64,000 bases of DNA from positions 11,844,591 to 11,908,590 of the forward strand of contig CAJINV010000002.1 in the NCBI GenBank assembly GCA_905178155.1, in the 5' to 3' direction. Below, piece after piece: positions 35,701 to 50,047 of this stretch. The DNA comes from Amoebophrya sp. A120. Its lineage: Eukaryota; Protista; Dinoflagellata. The notes beneath the pieces were generated by a model. That model was not told where the DNA came from. It saw only the letters and a program-made list of their open reading frames with translations, and did no database searches. The first letter of the stretch is position 1, and each line of letters starts with the position of its first letter. A program made the position numbers and the translations under genes.

Positions 35701-38700
35701 ACGATGGAAAAAAAGATCGATCCTCCACGCATTCTATTTACTCGTACAACCCGAAAGGACACTTCTCGCTCTTTCGCGAAGACGCAACGAAAGCCAGTTT
35801 GTATGTGTCTAATACTACGCACCTACACACCAGGTGGAGGGAATGCTGCAATACAATGCGCAACACATGGAGCATGCGCGCAAGGCGTTGGATGCTCTGA
35901 TGACAGACCAGCTGGAGTGGGTTAAGGTGTTTAAGAACGAGCAGGTGCTTCAGACGCTGTTCAGATCCAATCATCACGTTTTTAGCACGTGGCACCCCCA
36001 CATCAACGGCCTTGTGAACCACATCAACGCCGTTTGGCACACGAATCCCAACTTTGACTTCGTGGCGAATCTGGGTTCCCCGCACCACAAATTGCCAGAC
36101 ATGCCGGGGCTGAGCAGTCCCCTGGACCAGGCCACGATGGAGTGGCTGCAAAGCGGGCTGCGCGCACAGCAAACCAAACAGCCACTACAGCGGCTCACTG
36201 GAGCGGCTGCGAACGGAGCGCTTGGCGGAACGCAGCAGCCGCAGCAGAACTTGCAGCAGCAGCCGCAGCAGATGTTGCCGCTGACACAGCAACAACTACA
36301 GATAGGGCTCCAAACCTTCCAGAGTCTCCCGCAGCAGTCGCAACAGGCGCTGCAGCAGATGGCACTGAACGTCCTCACGCCTGAAGAGACCATGTTCCAG
36401 CAGAACCTGCAGCTGCGGATGCAGAGCACGCCGAACTACCAGCTGCCTCCCCAGGAGTTGCAGCAACTCCACCAAAACCAATACAAGATCCAGATGAAGC
36501 TAGCTGAGACGGGCTGGGAAATGTACCGGCAGAACCAAGCAAGGCAGGATGGCGGGGCGACAGCGGGTGGCATGATGCAAGGCCAGCAGGCCCAGGTCGC
36601 CGCGCCCGCAAATCAGCAGTTTGGAAACATGATACCGAACAACGGGGCCGCGACTGGGACCGGCGCCACCACGCAGCACCCCCTGCAGCAGGACGGTGCG
36701 GCGCCGCCCGCGCTGTCCCCGCCCAACGTGAACCGAGCGGGCGGTACGGGTGGTGCGGCCATGGGAGGCAACCTGTACACAAGCCATAGCGTCGAGTCCT
36801 CCGTGATGGATCCTGAGGAGGCCGCGCGCAGGGACAAGCACTACCCGCGGGACTTCATGGTGCAGGTCAGAGTGAGCCTGGAAAAGGCCGGCAAGCTCTC
36901 GGAGCCGACTGTACATTGGAAGACTGCAAAAATGGCTTCGACCGGCGAATACGACATTAAGCGAAAGACCCCATCGGGTAGCGGCCAGGGACAGCTTAGC
37001 AAAGTAAGTTCCCGTGGCGCAGGCGGGCAAGACTGGAAAAAGAAAAAGGTACCAAAATTGCATCTTGTTCACCTGCCTTACGAAGTGCTTTCGTAGAAAG
37101 TTTTGTACACCGAAACCGAATGACTTCTACTCCGTTTTGTTAGATTTGTAGTTTTGTCTAAGTACTATGATAATGATTGTTTCATCGCGCCGTCTCTCAT
37201 GGTTGTCCTAATAAAGGTGTCGCAAGTACTAGAGACGAGTGACTGGATATGATCAGGAGTAGATTTGAGTCACCCGTTCTAGCCAAGAACTTCAGTATTT
37301 TTACGGCATTCTTTATCACAGTTGTTCACGGACGAGGCAGATAACTTTAGCAGTCGTGCGGACTTGATCGGCGTGCGCAATTTTAGCAACAACGCATTTG
37401 CCGGCGGAAACCGGGGGTACGGCCAGTACCAGCAGCCGAACGACCTGGGGCTGCTGAAGAAGACGCAGAACGCGTACCAGGTGGGGCACGTGGACGGCAG
37501 CCGGCTTCAGCAGATCAAGCGGCAAGTACAGGCCTTGCTGAACAAGATCGCGCCGGACAACCTGCAGGTTATCGTGGACCAGATGGCCAAGATCGAGATC
37601 GAGCGGGCCAACGAGCTCGACATGGTGATCGAACTGGTGTACGCAAAAGCCTTGAACGAGGACCACTACTGCCAAACTTATGCGGACATGGTCTACAATC
37701 TGAAAACCCGGTACCCCGAATTCCCCTCGGAGGAGGATCCCACCAAAAAGATCACTTTCCACCGCCAGCTACTCACCGTCTGCCAAGACAAGTACGAATC
37801 CTGTAGCAGAATGCTGGCGGGCGACGAAATGGTATTGGCTGACATTCAGCGCTTTTTTTTATTCAAGATAATGCCCTGATTCTGATCCAGTCCAGAGCCG
37901 TCGCAGAATTAGGATCTGTAGGCGGAAACGGGTTTCTTGATTCGTTCAGGGTTTCTATTTTTTATTTTGGAGAAATTCAACTGGCAGCACACACACAAAC
38001 TTGTACTCCACCGTTGTAAAAAAACTAGAAGAACATCAACGAGAGAGTCAGAATGTTGCTGATTCATCTAATGCGGCGTGGTCGCAAAAAGTAACAGAAA
38101 ACGGAAACTATGAGATACGTTCTTCTTGTGGCGTGTTAGGTTTTCTGTGGTACTTGACACTCCCATTAAAAACAATATCACAGCCAGCGGACCTGAAAGG
38201 CCAGGAGCTGGCCGCGGAGATGAAGAAGCGACGCAAGCACAGTATAACGAACATGAAGTTTATCGGGCAGTTGTTTCTGCGGCAGTTGCTGTCTGTGAAG
38301 GTGATCACGTCTGTGATAGAGGATCTGATCCAGCTGAACAGCGAAGAAGTGGGGGGACCGCGGGAAGATGAGCTCGAGTGCGCCGTGGAGTTACTGCAGA
38401 CGATCGGCTACACGCTCGAGTCCGTCACGGCCAACGCCCCGAACGGGGAGCAGCAGCAGGGCGGTAACAACGGCGAGCAGCAGCAGTCCTCGCGCCTTTC
38501 GAACTACTTCTCCAAGTTGCGATTCCTCAAGACGAGCAAGGATGAGGGGGGCAATTACCGCTACAGCAAGCGCTGCCAATTTCTCATTCAAGACCTGCTT
38601 GACCTACGCATGCAGGGGTGGAGAAAAAAGATGCTCAAGGAGGCCGCTAAGAAGAAGGAGGACATGTCGGGTGACTTGAACGACCCTAACGCGGCCCGAC

Positions 38701-39998
38701 CATTCGAATTCGAAATTGCAGGCGCCAGGCCTGACTACATATCAGGTAACAGTATTAGCACGTCTAGTTTATCATGTTTGTTGTTGCCAACGTCGACAGC
38801 CTGTGCACAAACACTGTTTCTGGAGGTGAAGCAGTACAGTACTTCCAATTCATTTTCTGTCTACCGTTTCTTTTAGAACCGAAAGAAGAACCGTCGGGTC
38901 AGCTTTTCAGCGAGCAAGTTCGAATTTTCCTATTCGATGAATGAAGATCGCGATCCCTCAAGCGACAAGTTCAATAAATGAAGTCAATGCGTGGACACCA
39001 AAACCACAGCTGCCAAGAATCAGCGAGCAGACAAAGGCGAGCAGAAGGACGTCGACATGAAGTCAGTCACCAAGATCATCACGTATTTTGCGGAGGACGA
39101 CGATAAAGACGAGCAAGCTGTGGCGAACAGACTAAAGAAAGGTATAGCATTAAAGCCCATCATGCACACATTCTAGTAAGTACCATGCGTAAAGCAATAC
39201 GTTTTTGTTACTGCGCTCGCGTATTTTTTCTCAGCGTTGTGATCGCATTTTCTGCGTCGCTTTTTTTTGGGAACAGCATGTACTGCGAGAAAGAAATCAG
39301 CGCAAGAAAAGCTTTTACTTTCATCTTCTTGCCGATTGGTGGCATTCATTGCGGGCGCTTCGCGACGAGAGCGTGCTGAGTAATAAGGCGCCAAAATAAT
39401 GAATGAAAATAACATCTACATCTCGACAGATTTCACGGATTCGGTACCGCCGAACATGGTAGAAAAGGCCCTGCAAATCGCGGTTCAATACGCGCAAGCG
39501 AAAGGCGAACGAAGTGGGAAAGTATCAAGCATGTTCTTAGCACTTGCCGACAAGGGCGCCTGCAGATACGGACAAGTAGGAGCAGCTATTGGGGACGGTA
39601 TTGATTGTTTTTGTTTTCATCTTTTATGTGGATCACTTTACATGAGAGTTTTCCTATTTACGTTTGAAAATGCCTGCCCCTTGAAGATCCACGACAATTC
39701 ATTCTGATGATCAGGCCTGGCTAACCTGCACGATACGCTGATGGACGAACCGCAGGCGGACCAGATTTTCCACGTGTTTTTCGCGCGTTGTTTTACCGAA
39801 GTGAAGAACATGGGTCATTTTGATAACTTCTTCACGGAGCTGCGGGATCGCGTCTTGGTGGAAGACGAAGGGGCCGATATGGTGGCGCGCAAAGAATGCG
39901 TCCGCAAGGTGATGAACCAGGTCAAGCAAACATCCTTTCGCATTCGGAGGGAGCAGCGGGAGCTGATTGACAAGTTTCTAGTCGACTTGGAGCCTTGA
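29764..39998 (+). CDS. EIF4G: Translation initiation factor 4G, about 10 exons, about 2,250 aa
   Basis: MIF4G domain: QVQALLNKIAPDN, KALNEDHYCQTYADM, FHRQLLTVCQDKYE, NMKFIGQLF, LECAVELLQTIG, SKRCQFLIQDLLDLR. 4E-binding-like YPRDFMV and N-terminal KSKAFAIINPNTGK. Joining of the upstream exons is inferred from splice-phase compatibility. Confidence 0.85.
34001..35310. mobile_element. Non-autonomous PIF/Harbinger-like DNA transposon in eIF4G intron
   Basis: TIR of about 50 bp, GAGGCTGTGCAACAATTGGACCCCCTTTCGCCA(A/T)GGCGAAAGGGGG; TSD TTA at 33998-34000 and 35311-35313; no transposase ORF. Confidence 0.88.
34588..35109. repeat. Tandem array, 101-bp unit, about 5 copies
   Basis: caaataaaac recurs at 34646, 34747, 34848, 34949 and 35050. 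Confidence 0.95.
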
Positions 39999-42627
39999 AG
40001 AAAGGAGCAGGCACAAGGCGGACTACAGTTCCCGGGCTGACGATCAATTTCGACAGTTAGAAGCTGTGCTGCTTTCCCCTGTTCTTTCCGGTTCTAGTCG
40101 TTCGCGAGGATAGTAAGGATCCGCTCACTCCGACTCCCCGCGCCATTGCTACCGCCGCACGATCTCCAACAACGCGATCTCCTGATGTGATTGCAAAATG
40201 CGCGACTTCATCTCCCTCGTCCCATCCCTGTAAAAAATTACAATTCACAAGAACGACACCCGCGTGCGACCCCGGAGCAGTCTACTAACTTAGCTGTTTT
40301 TATCGAATAAGATTGGAGCAGGCCAGCATCAATCTTCTAGTTAGGAAAAGCAATCGCAATCACCAAGTAGTCAACGTAAATACAAAAGTGACACCAGTTG
40401 TCAAAAGATGAAACTCAGTAAATGATAAACTCGACCATTGCCAGTAAGTGTCTTGCGGTGGGGGTTCGTCTAAAGTAGCACCACACAAGAAGACCCTTGT
40501 TGGCAAGCGCAAACGTCGGGCAAAGAAGTTTTTCTCGTTTCCATCACAAGCAACCCTGGCGTTGAGCGATCGAAATTCAAGATAAAGTTGCTGCGTTTGA
40601 TTTTTTTTTGAAGTTGAGGAATTTTTTTAAAAAAGGAGTTTGACCAGAAAAACGCAGGTCAAGCATCGCGGCAGGGAACAAAGAAAGTGTCGTCCTCTAC
40701 AACTGGCATTGTTGTAGCTTCCATAATACCTTTAGGCCATTATCAGGATAGCCGTGAGAACCGATTCAGCTTGTCCTGTGCGCACGCTTATTTTACAGAT
40801 TAGCGTGAGTGTGGGAACCGAAGGATGAATGTGATAAGTACTACTTGTCTAGTTTCCGAGAAGCATAAGTGGTGACGCATGAAGATGGTCACACAATCTC
40901 AAGGTCGCCGGTATCTGCATCTGAGACTATAACCGAAGGAAAAACTACAAGCAGTGCCGGCTTTTTTCAAGTACTGGCTAGAGAATACAGATTGAGAGTC
41001 AGCAATTACTGGTCGATAAGGCTGCTCCCGTATCCATTTACCAAGTTTGGTACTCTCCAACGACACGGATGAGGAGTGCCAGTAGATGGACGCGAAAACT
41101 TAAACTCGTCGAAAATTCTTGTGCTAGCAACACGCATCAACATTTCAAAAGAAAATTATAATCAGCAGAACTTGTTTATTTTGTCGTGAGGAAGCAGCTG
41201 CGCCTGCGCCCGCTGGGTTTTTGACTGGATACACATCATTTTTATTTACTCTAGACTACGGCGCTTCTTCATGAATAGGACGTATGTACCCAACGAATTG
41301 AGTTTCTTTGAAATGATACAGGTCATCCCCCGTATTATTACTAATTGGAATTGGAATCTGTCGCTTCTAAGTCTGTTACAGCTGTAGTTTCGAAGGGCAA
41401 GCATTTCTTGTGTCTTCGAGCGTTTCACCAAAAAGTTTATACCACTCTCGTCCTCACTACTGTACGTAGTTTGTTTACAGCAACACATATGAGAATCAAT
41501 GTATCTTTCACGCATTCGTACTTTCACTTTTCAATTGCTCCTGTTCCGGTTCGTATAGGAGGATTCTTGGAACTACAAGAGCACGCTTTTTCATCTTTTT
41601 TCGTCAATGTACCTACAAGCAGCACAAGACGGCTTATCTATCTAATATCTGAAATTAATTGTTGTAAGTTGCTGTAAGTTGTTGCTAACGCTCTCGCTCG
41701 CATTACCCTTCATGAATTATCTGTTCACCTACAGTACTCCACTACTCCTCCACCCGCATTGAATTTTGTTTTTTCGGGTCCAGCTTCTCCTCGGTACTCC
41801 GACTTCAGTTAGTCGCGCCGTTGCAAAGCTGGAATTCCGAAAAGCGCAGCGCCACTTCGATGGAACAAGTTATTTTTCGATGTGCCGGCTTCACTATCTT
41901 AATCTTTACGTCTGGATGTCCTTCCCCTTTGTCGATCTCAGCTGTCTCAACGTATCTACCGGTAGGAACGGGGATTGGCGATGAATTTGAGGCAACTTTT
42001 TATGAGCAGGGGACACAAAATCAAACTCAAAGTGTTCAGTGTCCCGTTCTGAGAGCTGTTTTTTTGTGTGCTAGATTCGGTCAGTTGTTTTGTCCGTGCT
42101 TGCGCGGAAGCATTTTTTTTTGTCGATGATTGGCACCGAGAGCGAAGCAGTTTTTTTGGTATCCATATATTCGATTTGGAGTTGGACGTCGAGATGAGCG
42201 TCAGTAATTTGAGGGAAGTCCCCATCCTTGCGGGCCCTCATACATTCAGCACTAAAATGAAATGCTTTGTTGCGATTGTACTTCAAATTCTTGCAGGCTT
42301 CTTGGGAGCTTTGTCTCACAAAGTCCTTGATGTAAAGATTTCTTAATGTTGGACGAATTAAAAGTCAGTGTCAGACGAATCACAAGCACAACATCGAATG
42401 CATGCTAGTCGCACAGCAGTTGCGAACGGTCCAGAAGAGTTTGTGACCGTGTGATTGAATCGGCTGTACGACGTTGTGCCCCTCCTACACGAAAAATTAC
42501 AGTATTTTGACAAGCAGAGAAAAGTCGCATTGCGGTTGATCTTAATAGATTTCACTAGCTCATCAGTCCCCCCGTTTTTACTTTTGAAGATTTTCATCGT
42601 AAGCCGCATTACTGAAAACACCAAAAG

Positions 42628-45464
42628 ATGGCGGCGGTCGCAAGCACCGCCTCGGGCGGCGGGTTGAAAGTTTTCACCGCCGACGAGGTGGCCAAGCATA
42701 ATACCTTTGGGGATCTGTGGTTGATCGTTGACAACAAGGTCTACGACGTGTCCAAATTTGCCAACGTCCACCCCGGTGGCAAGCATATCCTGCTCGACGT
42801 TCCGAACAACGATGCCACGGAATATTTCTACGCGTTCCACGCAACGGACGTATTTTTCGACAAAATGTCTTTCATGATGCATATTAAGTTTCCCCCGATC
42901 ATCTTCTTCAAAACGCCGAGGATTTTTTTTTTGGCTGGTATCGGTATGATCAGTGCTCCAGGTCTGCCCCGTCATTATGGTTTTTTCTTTTTTGAGCTGG
43001 TCTTTTTCCACCCAATTTCTCGTTTTCATTTTTCATATGATGAAAATGCAGGTGCTTGACAAGTACCACAAAAAGTTGTGTATCGGCACTGTGGAGGGCA
43101 AGACCGAGCAAATCTATGAGCCGAAGCAGAAGGCCAAGGGCGGCAAGAAGCTGGATGTGGCCACCGCCCCGGCGGAGCAGCTGCTGAAGGAGCATCCGCT
43201 GCTGTGCCGCACACCCTTTGGCGAACCGGCAAGTATGAAGCGGTTCTACGCGAGCCCCTACCATAACGAGACGCACCTGCGATTTCGCCTCGGGTGCCGC
43301 GAGTTTTTCCACGAAATGCTACCGGAAGCGGAGGAGCTGGAAGAGAGTCAGGACTACATTCCCAACGAAATCTGGGAGGAGTTCGGAAAAACGGGCATGT
43401 TTGCTTGCTCCATCGGCGTCACCGCCATGCCGGCCGTGAAAAAACTGGGGTTGCCGCTCCCGGGAGGCATCAAGCCAGAGGAATTCGACTTCTTCCATGA
43501 GCAGATCCTCCATGAAGAAGCGGCAAGGATACTGCCACCGAGGTAAGCAGTCAGGTTTGATACGTATATAGTACAAAACAATACGAATATTACTCTGGTG
43601 GGTCAACCTCTTATGCCCACGCCTCAACTTGATGACCCAGGATTTCTGCGAGTTGTGATGCTGTTCTCAGAAATAAACCAACGAAGCAAATTGTGATGAG
43701 CTAAAAACGTAGTTCAATTTCAATCAAAAATTTCAAAATCCGATACAGCTTTCTGGATGGTATTTTTGCGGGTTTCAACATTGGTCTCCCCCCGATCATG
43801 AACTTCTATCACGGTCCCGACAAAATGGAGATGATTGCCAACATCCTGCTCGGCAAGAAAAAGGTTGCCCTCGCGATCACTGGTCCGGAGGCGGGTTCGG
43901 ACGTGGCCAATCACCAGTGTATTGCGAAGTTTTCGGAAGACAAGAAGACCTTCACGGTGCGGGGCTTGAAGAAGTGGATCACCGGTGGCTGCCAGGCCGA
44001 CTACTTTGTCACCGCGGTGCGTACGGGCAAGCCTGGCCTCAAAGGAATCAGCATGCTGTTGATCAAACGCGAGGACGGAAACGTGCTGACTAAGCAACTG
44101 TCAACCTCCTACGGGAAAACCGCAGCCACCGCACTGGTTCAGTTTGAGGACGCCAAGGTTCCGGTCGAGGGCCGTCTCATGGGCGTGAAGAAGGGAGACG
44201 AACTGAACAAGGGCTTCCAGTGCATCATGCTCAACTTCAACCACGAGCGGTGGATGATTTGGTAAGTATTCACTTCCACTCAGACTGTTTTTTTCTGACA
44301 ATAAGTCAATCTTGACATGAACAGTAAAGTAAAGGATCATGTTGAAATGTACTACGACGCTCAAGCATGAAATTTTTCTCGATTACATTCGAAAAGACCG
44401 ATCGAGCAATGATCTTCCACAGCGCCAATGCTCTGGGCATGCAACGCGTCGTAGTTTCGGATTGCCTCCAGTGGTTGACTATCAAATGTAAAAATGTCTG
44501 GGTCTGGAAGATTGCCAGGTTTGTCATGCATGTTTTGCATGACCCCTGACGTCTGTGATGCATGCCCTAGCATCACAGATTTTGTGAGGGCTACCTGATG
44601 CCTATACCGCATGACAAATGCTCTTTCAGTGCAGCAAAACTTGGACTCTCTTTCTTGCTGCTCATGCAATACAGATTTTTTTACAATCCAAAGCCAGCAT
44701 GACAAACATGCATTCTTCCAGACCCAGACATTTTTACATTTGATATTGACCCAGCGGAAGGCCTTCGGTCGACCGCTGTCGGACCAGCCGGTGCTGCGGT
44801 TCAAGTTTGGCCAGATGGTGGCTATCCTGAGTAAAAACGTACCCACACCAGAGTTGTAATGCAGATTCGCAAAGACATGAAGACTTGTAATGCGCATCCC
44901 CATGAGAGCCATTTCCAATCGTGTTTTGGAATTTGTGATGCTGTGAACAGGATGAGCAGCTGGATTTGTGATGCGGCTGCACTTGCTAACCTGCACTACA
45001 CTGCAGAGTGCAACTTGTCATGCGTGACTCGCAAAACTCCTAGGTTTGTGTTGCAAAATCCTCATCCTGACTCTGGTGTGGGTGCGTTTTTACTCAGGAT
45101 AGTGGCTGCTCTGGAGTCACTGCAGAGCTACATGGACCACGTCACCTACCAGATGAAGGTGTACTACGACCGGGTGATGAGCGACCCGAAAACCTGGAAG
45201 ACCCGGGATTACCTCGCGGGCGAGATCGGGCTGCTCAAGTACCAGACCACCCGCGTGAGCACCTTGCTCGCAGACAACGGGTGCCAGATTTTCGGCGGCC
45301 GGGCGGTCACCCGCACGGGCATGGGGAAGAAGATGGAGCGCTTCAACCGCATGTACAAAATCTCGTCCATCTACGGCGGCAGCGAGGAAATCATGGCCGA
45401 CCTCGGGGTGCGACAAGCGCTGCGCGAGTGGACGCCCGAAGACAAACTGAAAGCCAAGCTGTAG
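42628..45464 (+). CDS. Cytochrome b5 / acyl-CoA dehydrogenase fusion, multi-exon
   Basis: b5 domain: EVAKHN..LWLIVDNKVYDVSKFANVHPGG..DATEYF..H. ACAD domain: LAITGPEAGSD, GLKKWITGG, NFNHERW, QRKAFGRPLSDQPVLR, QIFGGRAVT, IYGGSEEIM. Three GT-AG introns plus two introners. Confidence 0.93.
44480..44745 (+). mobile_element. Introner family B, copy B3 (266 bp)
   Basis: Perfect 32-bp TIR; TSD TTGAC at 44475-44479 and 44746-44750. Confidence 0.95.
44823..45101 (+). mobile_element. Introner family A, copy A3 (279 bp)
   Basis: 32-bp TIR with one mismatch; TSD GTGGC at 44818-44822 and 45102-45106. Confidence 0.95.
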
Positions 45465-46063
45465 ATGCGAAAAATCGTTCAACATCATCTCATTTTTTAT
45501 GGATGTACTACCCAGTTGTGCTTGCAGTCTCTGGCGGTGCAGCATCGCACAGCATGCAGCTGCGGCACCGTGAACTTCGGTCCAGGCACGAAGCAAGGCT
45601 GTTTTGTTTGTAGGACGTGTGGAAAGATTGATTCGATACAAACCAGCACCTGTCACATAGGTCATGTAATTACACGTATATAGTAGAAAATTCGATTGAT
45701 AATGAAGGTAAATGATAGGAAAAGAATATAACGCCCTTGTATCTTCAAAGTATAGGTTCTTTCTTTGTAGTTCTTGTTGAGTCAATTCTTCGAACCGTAA
45801 ACACCGTATCGGAAACTAGTTGAAGAAATAGTACCAAGTGCACTAATGCCCTATGATGCAGGAAACTGAAACAATTTTCTAGACTTGTCAAAGGGAAGTT
45901 TAAATTTTATGGTAACCATCCAAAGCCGAATCGAGGGACAGTCTTGCTTTGACGACCCTGGTTCGCAAGTTCTTAGAGGCAGTGATAGAAAACATGTCTC
46001 AACGAAGTAATCTTCAGTTCTTTGGTACCGAAAGAAATTGTGCACAGCGTTGTATAGATGTAA

Positions 46064-46540
46064 CTAAACCCTGAAAATCAAAATGACGCCGAATAAGGAA
46101 AGCATTAGAATGACTACACATGATATGATGATTCGCAATCGCAGTGCATCTGCGGCGACAAAAGTAGTAGCCGGCCCTCGACTCTCACCCTCCTGTAGAC
46201 TACCTAGCTCATTTTCCACCCGATTCGATGTTTCGTCAAGATTGTCCCATGATAAACGAGCGCAGCGCATGCTGCAGTTTCGGCGCTCGAAAATAATCCA
46301 GATAACAGTCGGCCATCGATGATATCGCATGTAAAATTTTCCAATAATTACCACTATGTTTATACAAAAGCCAGAAGGTGCGCGTTTGCAAAAAGAAAAA
46401 ATTACAGACAAGAAGCGTGCGGGTGTAAATACCAATGCGGAACACAACTCTGACTGGGATTGGGACAACTTGTCGCCTCGAGTTAGGTTTATTGATTCGA
46501 TAAAAAGCTATTTTTGTACGTTGGCTTTTTTGTTGAGATC
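46064..46540 (-). CDS. Possible 3' exons of a tail-anchored (SNARE-like) protein
   Basis: Heptad-like KLSQSQSELCSAL..DNLDETSNRVENEL followed by a terminal hydrophobic stretch RIIISCVVILMLSLFGVILIFRV-stop. Exon structure unresolved. Confidence 0.3.
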
Positions 46541-47913
46541 CAGCTAAAGGTTGAGGCGTCGAGAGGCCACATTCGCACATATGCCAAAAGGCACAGGGAA
46601 ACTCAATAACGTCATTTTACGTTTCTGACAAAAGCTGCATCAAGATCAGGGAAAACAAAGAAATAAACGATATAATAAGTGCTGCGAATTTTTCGGGGGA
46701 TAAAGATTAAGATGCTGTTCACCTGTATAATCTGTGTTCATTATCCTGATCTACGTAGAGGAAAGATTTTATCACGCGCCTGGCTAGTAAACAAAAACCA
46801 CGATCGAGCAAAGCGAAGTCCGAGAAAGCACCTGCTGCAAGGTGACGGTCAGCACGCATATCCATTTCTTCTCTGCATTAGCAAACTGATTGGTGAACAC
46901 GGAGATGCAACACAAATACAGCAGTCTGCTTCTATGTCTACCTTCTAGAGATGATCGATACAACGTGTAAATACAGTTTCATTTATTCCACATGATTCCA
47001 TGTTAGTAGCTCGGATTTAATACTTCGTAGTTGGTACTGATTTGATCGTCTGCAGAAACTAAACACGAAAAAAGAACATAAGCTTCTGGCAGCACGCGCA
47101 ACGCCGCGCACCGGGTTTTTTTTTGAAGCAACACGCACAAAAACCGAAAGTACCTGTACATCAGCAAACATATTGGACTTTGCTTTATTCAGCCTCTAAC
47201 AAACTTTCCTTTATCCAGCTTCGTGCGCAATACGGACGCAGCCGCAGGAAGAGCAGACTTTTTGCCTGCGTGGTTCGCTGAAAAGGGCACGATCGCAAGC
47301 CGGGCGACAAGTTCCCGCATCTTTCCCTGCCTGCGGACGCAACAATCTGGACGTAGAAGTGCAGTGCTCGTCGGACCCTGAAGAGCGAAAGCAAAGTGGA
47401 ACACGTCGTGTACTCTCCTGATTTATTTCCACCTGGCGCGAATCTTGTTCGTCTTACCGGCCAGAGAGAAGCATCTTCCACCACCGGAGTCCTTGATTTT
47501 TCTCGTAGCGACGCGGCGGAGCATCTCTGAGGAGTGTAGAAGTGCTAGCCTCCTGCAATCAGGGTGGTAGGACCTTTTGAAGCGGCCGCATCACCTCCGA
47601 CACGCAGCCCTTATTCTTCGCAGAAGAAACCGCAATACCAATACACCAAGCAACGAACCAAATCTTATCTGTCACAACAATCGCAAGCAAGAAGCAAGTA
47701 GACGGCATGGATTTTGGATGCTGGCAGACAACCTGATAAGCTAGAATATTTGTAAAAATATATTACCGAGCTGAGCAGCAGGCGCAGGGAAACCACCTGC
47801 TATAGCAGCTTCCGACTTACGCGACCAGGGACGCCCCTGCAGTTCTGTGTGGATTGGTCAAAATAGAGGACGCAAAACGACGAAAGATCGCGGCCGACCC
47901 GCTCCCCGGAAAG

Positions 47914-48989
<1,076 letters not shown>

Positions 48990-50047
48990 CACGAGCGACC
49001 CAAGGAAGATGCGTGGCAAAAGCCAGAAGAACACCTCGCATGACTGCCATTTCAAAGAACCACCCAGCGACACAGATTGATTTTCATATAGACACGATGC
49101 GATGTTGGAAAGAACGGCACTCGAAGCAGTGCTGATGACAACATTTTGACATTTGCTGAAATTTCAGACAAAAATAGTCACTTCACGCGCCTCCATTGCT
49201 AAGGATGGACCATCATACTCCAGTTACGTACGCCGCGAGTGGTTTCACGTGATACAAGCAATGGCCGCTAGGGATTTTGAAGCGGGACAGTAATTGCGCA
49301 TGCGTTCTGCTCCCAAATGTCCGTTTGTGTTAGTGCCAGGGGCAGTTTTATTTCCGCTTTTGATTTCCATTTCGTCGCAAGTGGAAGTTAAATCAAGTTC
49401 CCTTGTGATTCATAATTTCGTGCGTCCCGGCTGCCAGAAATCCGTCGTCGTCGTCGTCGTGATGATCGACCGAGCTAGTAGAGCGACCTGCGCTACTTTT
49501 TCCATATTCGAGCTGCCTTCATCGACGTCGATCGCGCTCGAAGCGATGCTTTCTCTCTTCAGAGAACCGACTGCACTCGTCTCATAGCGAGCAAGAGAGA
49601 TGTAGAAGTCCAATCCAGGGCTACGAATGTATCGTCCGCGTGTGAGTGACAGCGAGCCATTATGATCTATCGTATGAAGTTCGACCCTTGTCGATTGCAC
49701 GAGGAATCTCGATTGTTTTTCGTACTAGGTTCACGCCGTGGTGCTCACTTTTTAATTCGGTTGCCGCGGTCTTATCGTTCGATGTTTTATCGTTTGCTAT
49801 TTGCACACCTCAAGTAAGTAATCTCAAACAAAAATAACAAGTTCCAGCGAGTGCCTGACATTTCTGTGCAGTAGCTTGTGGTGCGGGACTAGACGAGGAT
49901 AAAAGAAAACAAGCGAAGGCCTAATAATTCAACCTTTATTTGTCGGAGATACTGGATTTAGACCGAGTTGTAGGCCAGAAGTACAAGAATAAAGATAACG
50001 GTTGCAAGCAGGCCAGGACCGGTGGTTGAAAGTGGGGAAGCGGCAAC

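Noticed and set aside
44361-44996. Recurring peptides IKCKNVWVWK and GVGTFLLRI in several ORFs as a protein family
   Set aside because: They are translations of the introner TIRs, not genes.
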